From: Thalassococcus halodurans
GTDB lineage: Bacteria; Pseudomonadota; Alphaproteobacteria; Rhodobacterales; Rhodobacteraceae
Direction of reading: 5' to 3'
Assembly (NCBI GenBank): GCA_950096585.1
Contig: CATNDK010000001.1
Coordinates: 104,943-168,942 of the forward strand
DNA length: 64,000 bases
Part shown: positions 49,806 to 59,274 of the stretch, piece after piece
How positions within the stretch are numbered: the first letter of the stretch is position 1
How the letters are laid out: every line of letters begins with the position of its first letter
Notes under the pieces: generated by a model
Database searches by the model: none
Seen by the model: only the letters and a program-made list of their open reading frames with translations
What the model was told of the DNA's origin: nothing
Program-made: the position numbers and the translations under genes

Positions 49806-50777
49806 ATGACGAACATCACACTCCGCAGACATTTGACGGATAAAGGGCACGACCCCGATCTGATTTTCCTGCTGGAAGATATCGCCAGCGCCTGCCGGTC
49901 CACCGCGTATGAAGTCCGGAATGGCCCGCTGAAAGGCAACCTCGGGCTGGCGGATTCGACCAATGTTCAGGGCGAAGATCAGAAACCGCTGGATATCATC
50001 GCTAACGATATCTTTGTTGAAACCTGCGCGAACTCGCCCCGTCTGGCTGCACTGGTGTCCGAAGAGATTGAGGAAGTCGTCTGGCTGAAAGAGCCGGAAG
50101 AAGGCGACTACCTGCTGTTCTTTGATCCGCTGGACGGGTCGTCGAATCTTGATACCAACCTGTCTGTTGGCACGATCTTTTCGATCATGCGCGTGACCAA
50201 GGACGGCGATCGGAATGTGCTGAAAAAAGGTCGTGATCAAATCGTGGCGGGATATGCGCTATATGGTCCGGCGACGATGCTGGTTCTGGCGCATGGGCAC
50301 GGGGTGCAGTCCTTTACCCTGCATCAGGGCAGTGGCATTTTCCGCCTCACGCACCCGTCCCTGACGATCAAACAGGACACGCCGGAATTTGCGATCAACG
50401 CATCGCGCCAGCGGTTCTGGGATGCGCCTGTCCAGCAGTATGTTGATGAATGTCTGCAGGGCAAAGACGGCCCCCGCGGCAAGGACTTCAACATGCGTTG
50501 GGTGGCGTCGATGGTGGCTGAGGTGCACCGCATCCTCATGCGCGGTGGTGTGTTTCTGTATCCGCTGGATGATGCGAACCGCGCCAAAGGCGGACGTTTG
50601 CGGTTGCTTTATGAAGTGGCGCCCATGGCCATGGTGATCGAGGCTGCTGGCGGCGCTGGCAGTACGGGTACAGAGCGTATCCTTGATTTGTTGCCGAGCG
50701 AGCCCCACCAACGCGTCGCAACGATCCTTGGGTCCAAAAGCGAAGTCGATTACATCGTCGATCTGCACACCAAATGA
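49806..50777 (+). CDS. fbp: Class I fructose-1,6-bisphosphatase (CbbF-like)
   Basis: NVQGEDQKPLD, VSEE, FDPLDGSSN, MRWVASMVAEVHR, GRLRLLYE, HQR. Confidence 0.93.
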   Translation: MTNITLRRHLTDKGHDPDLIFLLEDIASACRSTAYEVRNGPLKGNLGLADSTNVQGEDQKPLDIIANDIFVETCANSPRLAALVSEEIEEVVWLKEPEEGDYLLFFDPLDGSSNLDTNLSVGTIFSIMRVTKDGDRNVLKKGRDQIVAGYALYGPATMLVLAHGHGVQSFTLHQGSGIFRLTHPSLTIKQDTPEFAINASRQRFWDAPVQQYVDECLQGKDGPRGKDFNMRWVASMVAEVHRILMRGGVFLYPLDDANRAKGGRLRLLYEVAPMAMVIEAAGGAGSTGTERILDLLPSEPHQRVATILGSKSEVDYIVDLHTK

Positions 50778-50808
50778 AAAACGGGCCCGCTTGGGCCCGT
50801 TTTCTTTT
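50778..50808. terminator. Bidirectional intrinsic terminator
   Basis: AAAACGGGCCC-GCTT-GGGCCCGTTTTCTTTT between convergent fbp and xylG. Confidence 0.85.
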
Positions 50809-50809
50809 G

Positions 50810-51577
50810 TCAGACTGCCGGAGTGTCCTCTCCGGGCCGTTTGCCCAGAATGATCATGCTCAGCAGGTCGTCGTCGGTGACATCTTTGACATCGACCGTG
50901 CCGACAAGTTTGCCGTTCTTCATGACCGATGCACGATCACACAGTTCCATGACGTCGTGGATGTCGTGGCTGATCAGGAAGATGCCGATGCCTTCGGCTT
51001 TCAGCTGCTGGATCAGTTCCGACACCATCTGCGTTTCGTGGGGTCCAAGAGCAGCAGTCGGTTCGTCCATGATCAGGATGCGCGCGTTGAAATAGACCGC
51101 GCGGGCAATCGCGACGGACTGGCGCTGACCACCGGACAGGGCCGATACCGGATCCTTGAACTTTTTAAAGTTCGGGTTCAGGCGTGCCATGATCTTACGG
51201 GTCTCGGCCTCCATCGCGTCGTCATCCACCATGCCCAGCGGCGTGGTAAGTTCGCGACCCAAGAACAGGTTGGACGCCGCATCAAGGTTATCTGCCAGCG
51301 CAAGCGTCTGATAGATCGTCTCGATGTTGTGGGCGCGGGCATCGCGGGGGTTACGGATAACCGCCTGCTTGCCGTCCACGTAAATTTCGCCCGAGTCCAT
51401 CTGGTACGCGCCGGACAGGATTTTGATCAGCGTGGATTTACCGGCACCGTTGTGGCCCAACAGGCCCACAACTTCGCCCGGATACAGATCAACGCTGACG
51501 TCATCGACCGCATGAACCCCGCCGAACGAGATCCGGATGTTGCGCATGTCGACCAAGGGTGTCTGAGAGTTTGTCAT
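50810..51577 (-). CDS. xylG: Sugar (xylose-type) ABC ATP-binding protein, single domain
   Basis: [23 protein letters not shown]; GAGGAG RBS before ATG 51577. Confidence 0.85.
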   Translation of the reverse strand: MTNSQTPLVDMRNIRISFGGVHAVDDVSVDLYPGEVVGLLGHNGAGKSTLIKILSGAYQMDSGEIYVDGKQAVIRNPRDARAHNIETIYQTLALADNLDAASNLFLGRELTTPLGMVDDDAMEAETRKIMARLNPNFKKFKDPVSALSGGQRQSVAIARAVYFNARILIMDEPTAALGPHETQMVSELIQQLKAEGIGIFLISHDIHDVMELCDRASVMKNGKLVGTVDVKDVTDDDLLSMIILGKRPGEDTPAV

Positions 51578-51588
51578 TGTCTGGCTCC

Positions 51589-52917
51589 TCACTTGGCCGC
51601 GCGGCGGTACAGGTTATCAAGGTACACAGCGAGAACGAGCACCGAACCCACAACGATTTGCTGAATGGCCGCATCAAAGCCGATCAGAACCATGCCGGTC
51701 TGCAGCGACTGCATGACCAAGGCCCCCAGAACAGCGCCATAGATCGTGCCGACACCCCCGGCCAGTGACGTGCCGCCAATAACAGCCGCCGCGATGACAT
51801 AGAGTTCGTCCAGCGTACCCAGAGCGTTGGTGGCCGATCCCAGTCGGGCGGATGCCACGGCAGCAGACAGACCAGCCAAGAAACCCATCAAGGCAAAGAT
51901 TTTCACGGTCATCAGCTTGGTGTTGATACCGGCCAGAGCGGCGGCCTCGGGGTTGCCACCGATGGCATAGACATAGCGGCCAAAGCGCGTGCGGCTCATG
52001 ACGATGGTCATGATGATGGCCACAGCAACCAGGATCAGAACGGGGATGGCAAAGCCGTGGCTGATGAACAGACCACCTTCAGGGATGATGATGTTGTTTT
52101 CGGCAGCGTAGCGCTTCACGATGCCTTTGGGCCAAGGGTAAGAGTTTACCAGCAGGACCGCACCAATGATGGCCGAGCAGCTGAGGCCGGCAATGAACAC
52201 GTCGGCCCAGACAGGGCGCAGGGCAAAGCCAAAGCGCAGGCGTTGACGACGACCGAAGAAAACCATCGCAATTGCCGCGGCACAGCCAATCAGACCAACA
52301 ATCCAGCTGCCAGTCGCGCCAATCGCACCGAAGGGGCCACCGCCCAGCAGCTTGAATGTCTCATCAACAGGGGAAATTGTTTCACCGCGGGCGATCAGGA
52401 AGGCAGCACCGCGCCAGACCAGAAGACCGCCCAGTGTCACGATGAACGCGGGGATATTGCGGTAGGCCACGAGCCAGCCGTGCAGCGCGCCAACCAGCGT
52501 GCCGGTGATCAGGCCAACGATGACCGCGATAATCCAGATCAGCGGATGACCGATGCCAAGCAGGCCGGGAAGAATCCAAACCTGCGTGACGCCCATTGTC
52601 ACCGCACAGAAACCCAACAGCGAACCGACCGACAGGTCGATATGGCGCGTGATGATGACCAAAACCATACCGCAGGCCATGATGCCTACAGATGCGGTCT
52701 GAACCGACAGGTTCCACAGGTTGCGCGGCGTCAGGAAGGCGCCGAAGCCATTCACAAGTTGGCCGTACAGGTGGAAGCCGATCCAGATCAGGGCCAAGGC
52801 ACCGATCATACCGATCAGGCGTGTGTCCAGTTCAGTTGCTTGAAGGAAACGGGACACAGCGCTTTTGGCCGGTTGCCTCGTATCGGTGGATGTCGGTGTG
52901 GTTGTGGAATCGCTCAT
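51589..52917 (-). CDS. xylH: Sugar (xylose-type) ABC permease
   Basis: [47 protein letters not shown]. Confidence 0.88.
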   Translation of the reverse strand: MSDSTTTPTSTDTRQPAKSAVSRFLQATELDTRLIGMIGALALIWIGFHLYGQLVNGFGAFLTPRNLWNLSVQTASVGIMACGMVLVIITRHIDLSVGSLLGFCAVTMGVTQVWILPGLLGIGHPLIWIIAVIVGLITGTLVGALHGWLVAYRNIPAFIVTLGGLLVWRGAAFLIARGETISPVDETFKLLGGGPFGAIGATGSWIVGLIGCAAAIAMVFFGRRQRLRFGFALRPVWADVFIAGLSCSAIIGAVLLVNSYPWPKGIVKRYAAENNIIIPEGGLFISHGFAIPVLILVAVAIIMTIVMSRTRFGRYVYAIGGNPEAAALAGINTKLMTVKIFALMGFLAGLSAAVASARLGSATNALGTLDELYVIAAAVIGGTSLAGGVGTIYGAVLGALVMQSLQTGMVLIGFDAAIQQIVVGSVLVLAVYLDNLYRRAAK

Positions 52918-52996
52918 CACGTCCTCTTTCATACCCTGATCATACGCGCACAAGGCACGTGGAGGGAGCAGTGATTTTCGGGAGAAGGATTAGGGG

Positions 52997-53026
52997 GTGA
53001 CCCGGCAGATGCATCCGCCGGGTCAC
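52997..53026. other. Stem-loop between xylF and xylH (likely mRNA-stabilising/partial terminator)
   Basis: GTGACCCGGC...GCCGGGTCAC inverted repeat. Confidence 0.55.
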
Positions 53027-53035
53027 GATATCAGA

Positions 53036-54067
53036 TCAGCAGCCAGCTACGCCGTCCATGGCGCCTGCGCAGACCTTGTCTTTTGCAATGTGGCCAGCAT
53101 CGATGACCGCATTGATGTTGTCTTTGGTGACCGGTGTCGGAGCAAGGAAGATCGCGTTCATTTCAACGCCCTTTTCGCCACCGGACCATTTCACAGCACC
53201 GTCGATGTCAGCCATCGCTGTGCCGCCTGCCAGAGCAACGGCGATATCAGCAGCCGCCGCGCCCAGCTGACGCGAGTCTTTCCAGACGGATACTGTCTGG
53301 GTGCCACGTGCAACACGGTTCAGAGCAGCATGGTCGCCGTCCTGACCGCCAACCGGAACATTCAGGCCCTGTGCTTCCAGAGCGGCGATAACGCCACCAG
53401 CCATACCGTCGTTTTCGGCCAGTACGGCGTCAACGTTGTTGTTATTGGCTGTCAGGATCTGTTCCATGTTTTTCTGAGCGTTGTCAGGCTTCCAACCGTC
53501 GGTGAATGCTTCGCCAACGATCTTGATTTTGCCGGACTCAACGTCGTCACCGATGACTTCCATCATGCCTTCCAGCAGGAACAGCGCGTTCGGGTCACCC
53601 TTGTCGCCTTTGATGATCGCGAAGTTACCTTCGGGCTGAGCCGCTGTAACTGTTTCCGCGATGATGCGGCCAACGCCTTTGTTGTCGAAGGTCAGGTAGA
53701 AGGTGCGGTCGTCTTCGATCAGACGGTCATAACCAACAACCGGAATGCCTTCTGCGTCTGCCTGGTCAATTGCCGGGCCGATCGCGTCTTTGTCCATCGC
53801 AAGGATGATCAGCGCGTCTGCGCCTTGTGTGATCAGGGCTTCGATGTCTGTCAGCTGTTTGGCAGCAGATGCCTGCGCGTCAGCCGAAATGTAGGATGCG
53901 CCAGCGGCTTCCAGAGCTGCTTTGATTGCGGCTTCGTCGGTTTTCCAGCGTTCTTCCTGGAAGTTCGACCAGCTCACACCAACAGTGACGCCGTGGCTTT
54001 CTGCCATCGCCATTGTGGATGCCGCCATAGTGAACGTAGCCGCTGCAGCGGCGATAAACTTTTTCAT
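53036..54067 (-). CDS. xylF: D-xylose/glucose ABC substrate-binding protein
   Basis: Signal peptide; NFQEERWKTD, YDRLI, FDN, NDGMAGG, GQDGD, QTVSVWK. Confidence 0.9.
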   Translation of the reverse strand: MKKFIAAAAATFTMAASTMAMAESHGVTVGVSWSNFQEERWKTDEAAIKAALEAAGASYISADAQASAAKQLTDIEALITQGADALIILAMDKDAIGPAIDQADAEGIPVVGYDRLIEDDRTFYLTFDNKGVGRIIAETVTAAQPEGNFAIIKGDKGDPNALFLLEGMMEVIGDDVESGKIKIVGEAFTDGWKPDNAQKNMEQILTANNNNVDAVLAENDGMAGGVIAALEAQGLNVPVGGQDGDHAALNRVARGTQTVSVWKDSRQLGAAAADIAVALAGGTAMADIDGAVKWSGGEKGVEMNAIFLAPTPVTKDNINAVIDAGHIAKDKVCAGAMDGVAGC

Positions 54068-54145
54068 AATTTCCTCCCAACAGTAACAACACCCCGATTC
54101 CTTTTTGCGGTTTGAGGTGCGTGTTCCCGAATGATGCCGTGTTTA

Positions 54146-54162
54146 AATTTGAAAATCAAATT
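54146..54162. promoter_or_regulatory. Putative ROK (XylR) operator overlapping the xylF -35 element
   Basis: Perfect palindrome AATTTGA-AAA-TCAAATT; minus strand TTGATT-N17-CATCAT. Confidence 0.65.
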
Positions 54163-54264
54163 AAATCTTTCGGCAGGCCAAAATCGCTCGATTCCGCTGG
54201 CGTCATGAAAATTGATTTAGTGGAAAAAATAAATTACGTCTTCTCGTCGGGAGAGAGACAAAAA

Positions 54265-55464
54265 ATGATCCAGGACCAGCGTGGCCTAAGCAGAAAAGCC
54301 ATATTAGACGCGATTCGTTCAGCCGGACGAATCGCACGTATCGACGTGGCTCAGGCTACAGGAATCTCTCAGGCGACGGTTACAACCGTCACCGCCGAAA
54401 TGCTGCGCGACGGTCTGATCGAAGAGATCGCAGCCCCTGCATCCGACCGTGGAACCAAGCGGGGTCGGCCAAGGGTCGATCTGGCGATTCGAGGTCAGGC
54501 GCATCTGGTTGCAGGGGTCAAAGTTGCCCACGACACGCTGTCGATTGCGCTCATGGATTTTGCAGGCGAATTGATCGGCGAATATGAAACGCCACTTAGC
54601 GCGTCAGTGCTGTCTTCGGCTGATATGGCGGGGGAATTGCGCATCGCCCTAGAGGCGGCGTTGGACAAATACGCGATGCCCTATTCGCGGCTATCCGGGG
54701 TCGGGATCGGGCTTGCCGGTTTTATCGACGCATCGCGTGGTTTTGTGCATTGGTCACCGTCGTTGACCGAACGCAATATCCCGCTTCAGGACATCATCTC
54801 GGAAAAGATCGAAGTCCCTGTTTTTATTGACAATGATGCCAACCTTGTCGCCGTGGCCGAGCAGTATTTCGGGCGCGGAACAGAGCATACCGATTTCATC
54901 GTTGTGACCATCGAATCCGGTGTTGGTATGGGCATCGTTCTTAACGGTCAGCTATACCGTGGCGACCGCGGGTGCGGCGCCGAATTCGGTCATACAAAGG
55001 TACAGCTGGATGGCGCGATGTGCCGCTGCGGTCAGCGCGGTTGCCTCGAGGCTTATGTCGCCGACTACGCGATCGAGCGTGAGGCGGCAATTTCAGCGCC
55101 CCATATTGAAGAAAATGACAGGCGCGTCGCAACGGTTTTGCAGGCGGCCAAAGATGGCGACGAAGCCGCACTGAAGATCGTGAACCGTGCAGGCCGCATG
55201 TTTGCCATGGGGCTGGCAAACCTTGTGAATGTGTTTGATCCGCAATTGATCATTCTTGCGGGCGAACGGATGCAGTTCGACCATCTGTTCGAAGAGTCCG
55301 TTTTCGAAGATGTGCGCCGTCAGGTCGTTCACGTCGACTTGCCACCGCCGGAAATCGTCACCCATAAGTGGGGCGATTTGATGTGGGCCAAAGGGGCCGC
55401 TGCCTATGCAATTGATCAGGTTGCCGAACGGTCCCTGCGCGAGATCGGCGAAAATGCAGGCTAA
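54265..55464 (+). CDS. xylR: ROK-family transcriptional regulator (XylR-like)
   Basis: N-terminal HTH (ARIDVAQATGISQATVT, RGRP); IDNDAN, GAEFGH, CRCGQRGCLE zinc motif. Confidence 0.88.
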   Translation: MIQDQRGLSRKAILDAIRSAGRIARIDVAQATGISQATVTTVTAEMLRDGLIEEIAAPASDRGTKRGRPRVDLAIRGQAHLVAGVKVAHDTLSIALMDFAGELIGEYETPLSASVLSSADMAGELRIALEAALDKYAMPYSRLSGVGIGLAGFIDASRGFVHWSPSLTERNIPLQDIISEKIEVPVFIDNDANLVAVAEQYFGRGTEHTDFIVVTIESGVGMGIVLNGQLYRGDRGCGAEFGHTKVQLDGAMCRCGQRGCLEAYVADYAIEREAAISAPHIEENDRRVATVLQAAKDGDEAALKIVNRAGRMFAMGLANLVNVFDPQLIILAGERMQFDHLFEESVFEDVRRQVVHVDLPPPEIVTHKWGDLMWAKGAAAYAIDQVAERSLREIGENAG

Positions 55465-56989
55465 GCTTTGCGTTCTTCTGCTGGCCGCATCACCTGCGAT
55501 TGCCGGACCAAAATTCGAACCTGTCGCTATTCCCGAACATCAGTACGTCGGCGGATGGGATCATTTTGTAGGCGGCGGTCTGGCTGTGTTCGATTGCAGC
55601 GGCGACGGCCTGCCCGAGCTGTTCGCAGCAGGGGGTGAGGCACCGGCAGGTTTGTTCAGGAATACCTCAAGCAGCGAAGTTGTCTCTTTCGAACTGGATA
55701 CGCCCGCAGCCATCGCGCTGACGGGTCTTAGCGGGGCGTATCCCGTCGATGTGGATAGCGACGGTGTCACCGACCTTGTGCTGATCGGCACGGGAAAGAA
55801 CCGCTTGATGAAGGGTGGTCCCGACTGCGCGTTTTCCGACTTTGTAGACCTCGGGTTTATATCAGACGACCGCTGGACCACGGCGTTTTCAGCCACATGG
55901 GAAAACGCCCAGACACTGCCGACTTTGGCCTTTGGAAACTATGTGGATCGTAACGATCCAAACGGGCCGTTCGAGGCCTGTGATGACAACACCCTCTATC
56001 GACCCAAAGGCGCAATTTACGCTGAATCAGAGACACTTTCTCCGGGCTTCTGCGCGCTGTCGATATTGTTTTCGGATTGGTCACGCTCGGGGAAAGCCGA
56101 CCTGCGTGTCAGCAATGATCGGCACTACTATGTCCGTGGTGGATCAGAACAGCTTTGGCGTCTGGATGACACACCCCGCCTGCTGACCGAAGAGGATGGC
56201 TGGCACGAATACGAGCTGTGGGGCATGGGCATTGCGAGCCGCGATGTGACGGGCGATGGTCTGCCGGATGTCATGTTGTCGTCAATGGGTGACCAGCGGC
56301 TTCAGGTGATGGAACGCGCTGGATCGCCGTCTTGGGTTGATGCGCCCTATGGTTGGGGCACAACGGCGCAGCGGCCCTACACCGGCGAAGATGGCCGTCC
56401 CTCGACCGGTTGGCACACGGCGTTTGGTGACGTCCAAAACGACGGGCTGGATGACATCTTTATTTCCAAGGGCAACGTCGAACAGATGCCCGGAAACGCG
56501 ATGTTGGATCCGAATTCTCTGCTGATCGCTGAAGGCCAGCGCAATTGGACAGAAGCCGGCGACACTGCTGGTATTGCGTCGACGCATCGCGGACGCGGTG
56601 CTGCACTGGTTGATCTGAACAAGGACGGTCTGCTGGATCTGGCCGTCGTAAATCGCCGCGCGCCGGTTGAGGTTTGGCAAAACGTGACCGCTGGAACGGG
56701 GGCTTACCTGACTGTCGATCTGCAACAGTCTGGCACCAACCGCGACGCGGTTGGTGCGTGGATCGAGCTTGATACAGGCACCCGTGTGATCGCGCGGGAA
56801 ATCACCGTAGGTGGTGGCCATGCAGGCGGCAGCCTTGTGCCCGAGCATTTCGGGCTGGGTAAATCGCAGGGCGTGAAGCTGCGCGTGATCTGGCCGGACG
56901 GCGTTGCCAGCGATTGGGCCTACGCTGCGACCAATCAGAACATCAAAGTCGTGCGGAACGGCAAGCTGCTTCGAATTAGGCCGGAATAG
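55454..56989 (+). CDS. CRTAC1-family secreted FG-GAP/VCBS beta-propeller with C-terminal ASPIC/UnbV domain
   Basis: Signal peptide; repeats DCSGDGLPEL, DVDSDGVTDL, DVTGDGLPDV, DVQNDGLDDI, DLNKDGLLDL; NRDAVGA...HFGLG..RVIWPDG. Confidence 0.85.
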   Translation: MQAKLCVLLLAASPAIAGPKFEPVAIPEHQYVGGWDHFVGGGLAVFDCSGDGLPELFAAGGEAPAGLFRNTSSSEVVSFELDTPAAIALTGLSGAYPVDVDSDGVTDLVLIGTGKNRLMKGGPDCAFSDFVDLGFISDDRWTTAFSATWENAQTLPTLAFGNYVDRNDPNGPFEACDDNTLYRPKGAIYAESETLSPGFCALSILFSDWSRSGKADLRVSNDRHYYVRGGSEQLWRLDDTPRLLTEEDGWHEYELWGMGIASRDVTGDGLPDVMLSSMGDQRLQVMERAGSPSWVDAPYGWGTTAQRPYTGEDGRPSTGWHTAFGDVQNDGLDDIFISKGNVEQMPGNAMLDPNSLLIAEGQRNWTEAGDTAGIASTHRGRGAALVDLNKDGLLDLAVVNRRAPVEVWQNVTAGTGAYLTVDLQQSGTNRDAVGAWIELDTGTRVIAREITVGGGHAGGSLVPEHFGLGKSQGVKLRVIWPDGVASDWAYAATNQNIKVVRNGKLLRIRPE

Positions 56990-56992
56990 AGC

Positions 56993-58294
56993 CTAGTTCG
57001 GTACCGCAAGGCCGCTTGGAACGCTGTCCGGAACGCCCAGTTTGCCCGCCATTGAGGCCTCGTCGGTCAAAGTCTCCAGAAAGGCCAGAATATCTGCGAC
57101 TTGTTCATCAGACAGCGTCAGCGAGGGCAGTTCGTTTGCCTCGGCAATGGCCAGAACCTCGTCCGTGTCATCCATGACACGCCAGTCACTTGCGCGCTCT
57201 AGTGTCGGCAGAACGGCCTGTGTTCTGTCGTAGGACATCAACGATCCGACAGGGTTCAGGTGGTGGCGCACAGTGGCTTCTAGCGATGAATAGGCCCCTG
57301 TGTGGCCATATGGCCCGGTTTCTGTGATGTTGCGCAGCGACGGCGTGCGGAAGGCATAGGCATCGTCCACGCGGCCTGTGACGCGCATCCGGCCCTCATC
57401 ACGCGCATGGCGTTCGTAAGGCGCGGCCTTGCCCGGCCCGATCTGGGGCATGGCGATTGCGTGGAAATCGTGATCAGTCTGGAACTGGCCCGAATGGCAT
57501 GTGCCGCAACCAGCATCGCCATAGAACAGTTCCATGCCCCGCATGGCATCGTCACCAAGCGCAGCTCCGCCTTTCAGATACTGATCAAACGGGCTGTTAT
57601 CCGCACGCCATTCCCAAGCCATAAATGCGGCCAGCGCGTCAGAGATGTGGGTAAAGCCGATCCGCTGGTCTTTTCCCAAAACCTCGGCAAACCCGTCGCG
57701 GTAAGCGGGGATCGCGGCCACACGGTCCGAAATAATCTGCCATGCCCCGCCTTCACCGGTCAGGAAACCCTGCCTTACAGCCTGTGACACGTCGCTTTCC
57801 GAATAGTGCCCGGCCATCTCGTGGCCCGACAACACAGGAAACATGGATTGCGCGGACAGAACGCCGCTGAACCCGTGCACCATTTCAGCGCCCAGCGGTG
57901 TGCGGATGCCGTCGGGGTGGTCAGGGTTTCGTTCCAACCGCCCGTCATGGAACATCACGCCGAATTCTTCCGCGCCAAGGTTGAACAGGGCCGGGGCATT
58001 GCGGGGAATGCGCTGTTCGGGCGGGTTTTTAACGCTGGCTACACGGTCGGGGCCCAAACCGCGTCCGCCATCGCCCAAACCCAAAGACAAGCCATCACTC
58101 GTGCCGTGCTTCGGATGATGGCAGGTCGCGCAGGCAACCTCTTTGTTGCCGCTTAGGATGGGGTCGTAAAACAGGTGCCAACCAAGTTTGACCAATCGCT
58201 GGTCCTGTTCCGGAAAAACTGCATCAGCCGTTGGCAAAGGGCCAGCGGCAAGCGGTGTTGCCAATGCGAACAGGGCAGCGGTCCAACGTGTCAT
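56993..58294 (-). CDS. Diheme cytochrome c peroxidase/MauG-family protein (atypical)
   Basis: Signal peptide; LFYDPILSGN..CATCH, RNAPAL, CGTCH, FRTPSLRN..TGPYGHTG. Confidence 0.88.
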   Translation of the reverse strand: MTRWTAALFALATPLAAGPLPTADAVFPEQDQRLVKLGWHLFYDPILSGNKEVACATCHHPKHGTSDGLSLGLGDGGRGLGPDRVASVKNPPEQRIPRNAPALFNLGAEEFGVMFHDGRLERNPDHPDGIRTPLGAEMVHGFSGVLSAQSMFPVLSGHEMAGHYSESDVSQAVRQGFLTGEGGAWQIISDRVAAIPAYRDGFAEVLGKDQRIGFTHISDALAAFMAWEWRADNSPFDQYLKGGAALGDDAMRGMELFYGDAGCGTCHSGQFQTDHDFHAIAMPQIGPGKAAPYERHARDEGRMRVTGRVDDAYAFRTPSLRNITETGPYGHTGAYSSLEATVRHHLNPVGSLMSYDRTQAVLPTLERASDWRVMDDTDEVLAIAEANELPSLTLSDEQVADILAFLETLTDEASMAGKLGVPDSVPSGLAVPN

Positions 58295-59274
58295 TCCATC
58301 CTCGGTGCGATCTCGACTGTGGTGACGTGTTTATACGGTTTTTCTGGCGTGCAAATCACTGATGGAAAATTGGGTTGGTTGACAGCGTCCGGAAAACCCT
58401 GCGGTTCAAGTGCGATGCCGTGGCAGGGCGCGTGTGTTTGACCGTCTAGCGGTTTTGCACCTGCTGTGATGCCTTGACCGGTGTAAAACTGCAGCCCCGG
58501 CTGATCGGTCCACATACGCAACTGAAGACCGTTTTCGGCAAGAACAGAGACTGCTTCGTCCCTTTCGCCATTCAGGGCAAAGTTGATGTCGCTGACCCCG
58601 CGCGCGGGATCGGCATCGGCAATGCGCCGCATCTGCCGGTAGTCGTATTTCGTGCCTTCAACAGGGGCGATGTCGCCGGTTGGAAGCAGATCGCCGCCCG
58701 TAGGCGTAAAGCGATTTGCGCTCACTTTCATCTGGTGATCCCAGATCGGCCCGTTGCCCATCAGGTTGTAGTAGTTATGGTTCGCCAGATTGATCGGTGT
58801 TGGCCGGTCGCAGGTGGCAGACATGTCGTAAGTCAGGCGATGTCCATCCAGAGAAATGGTGATTTGGGCCTGAACAGAGCCTGGAAACCCCATGTCACCG
58901 TCGGGCGAGGACAGCGTCAACTGCACAGCCCGATCGCCGTCGGCTTCCAGTGTCCAGTTCTTGGCCCACCACCCTTTGGGACCACCATGCAGCTGGTTCG
59001 GCCCTTCGTTCGGCGTCACATGGTGTGTGACGCCGTCCAAGGTAAAGGTCGATCCGGCGATGCGGTTGGCTATCCGCCCGACGATCACACCCAGAAATCC
59101 GCCTTGGCTGGCATAAGCCGCAGGGTCGGAATAGCCCAGAACAACGGGAACGCGCCGCCCCGAGCCGTCAGGCACACGCCAGTCTTGCGTGGCTGCGCCC
59201 ATCGACAGGATGGTTACGGACACATCGCCATCAGACAGGGTGTGGCTGCGGATTTCTGGGACGGCGCTGGTCAT
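58291..59274 (-). CDS. galM: Aldose 1-epimerase (mutarotase)
   Basis: GRIANRI, LHGG, GFPG, NLANHNYYNL, LQFYTG, ALEPQGFPD. Confidence 0.9.
   Translation of the reverse strand: MTSAVPEIRSHTLSDGDVSVTILSMGAATQDWRVPDGSGRRVPVVLGYSDPAAYASQGGFLGVIVGRIANRIAGSTFTLDGVTHHVTPNEGPNQLHGGPKGWWAKNWTLEADGDRAVQLTLSSPDGDMGFPGSVQAQITISLDGHRLTYDMSATCDRPTPINLANHNYYNLMGNGPIWDHQMKVSANRFTPTGGDLLPTGDIAPVEGTKYDYRQMRRIADADPARGVSDINFALNGERDEAVSVLAENGLQLRMWTDQPGLQFYTGQGITAGAKPLDGQTHAPCHGIALEPQGFPDAVNQPNFPSVICTPEKPYKHVTTVEIAPRME

Noticed and set aside
49806-50777. Calvin cycle (cbb) operon
   Set aside because: No PRK, RuBisCO, transketolase or CbbR in the window
52997-54115. 372-aa antisense ORF opposite xylF
   Set aside because: Shadow of a strongly codon-biased gene
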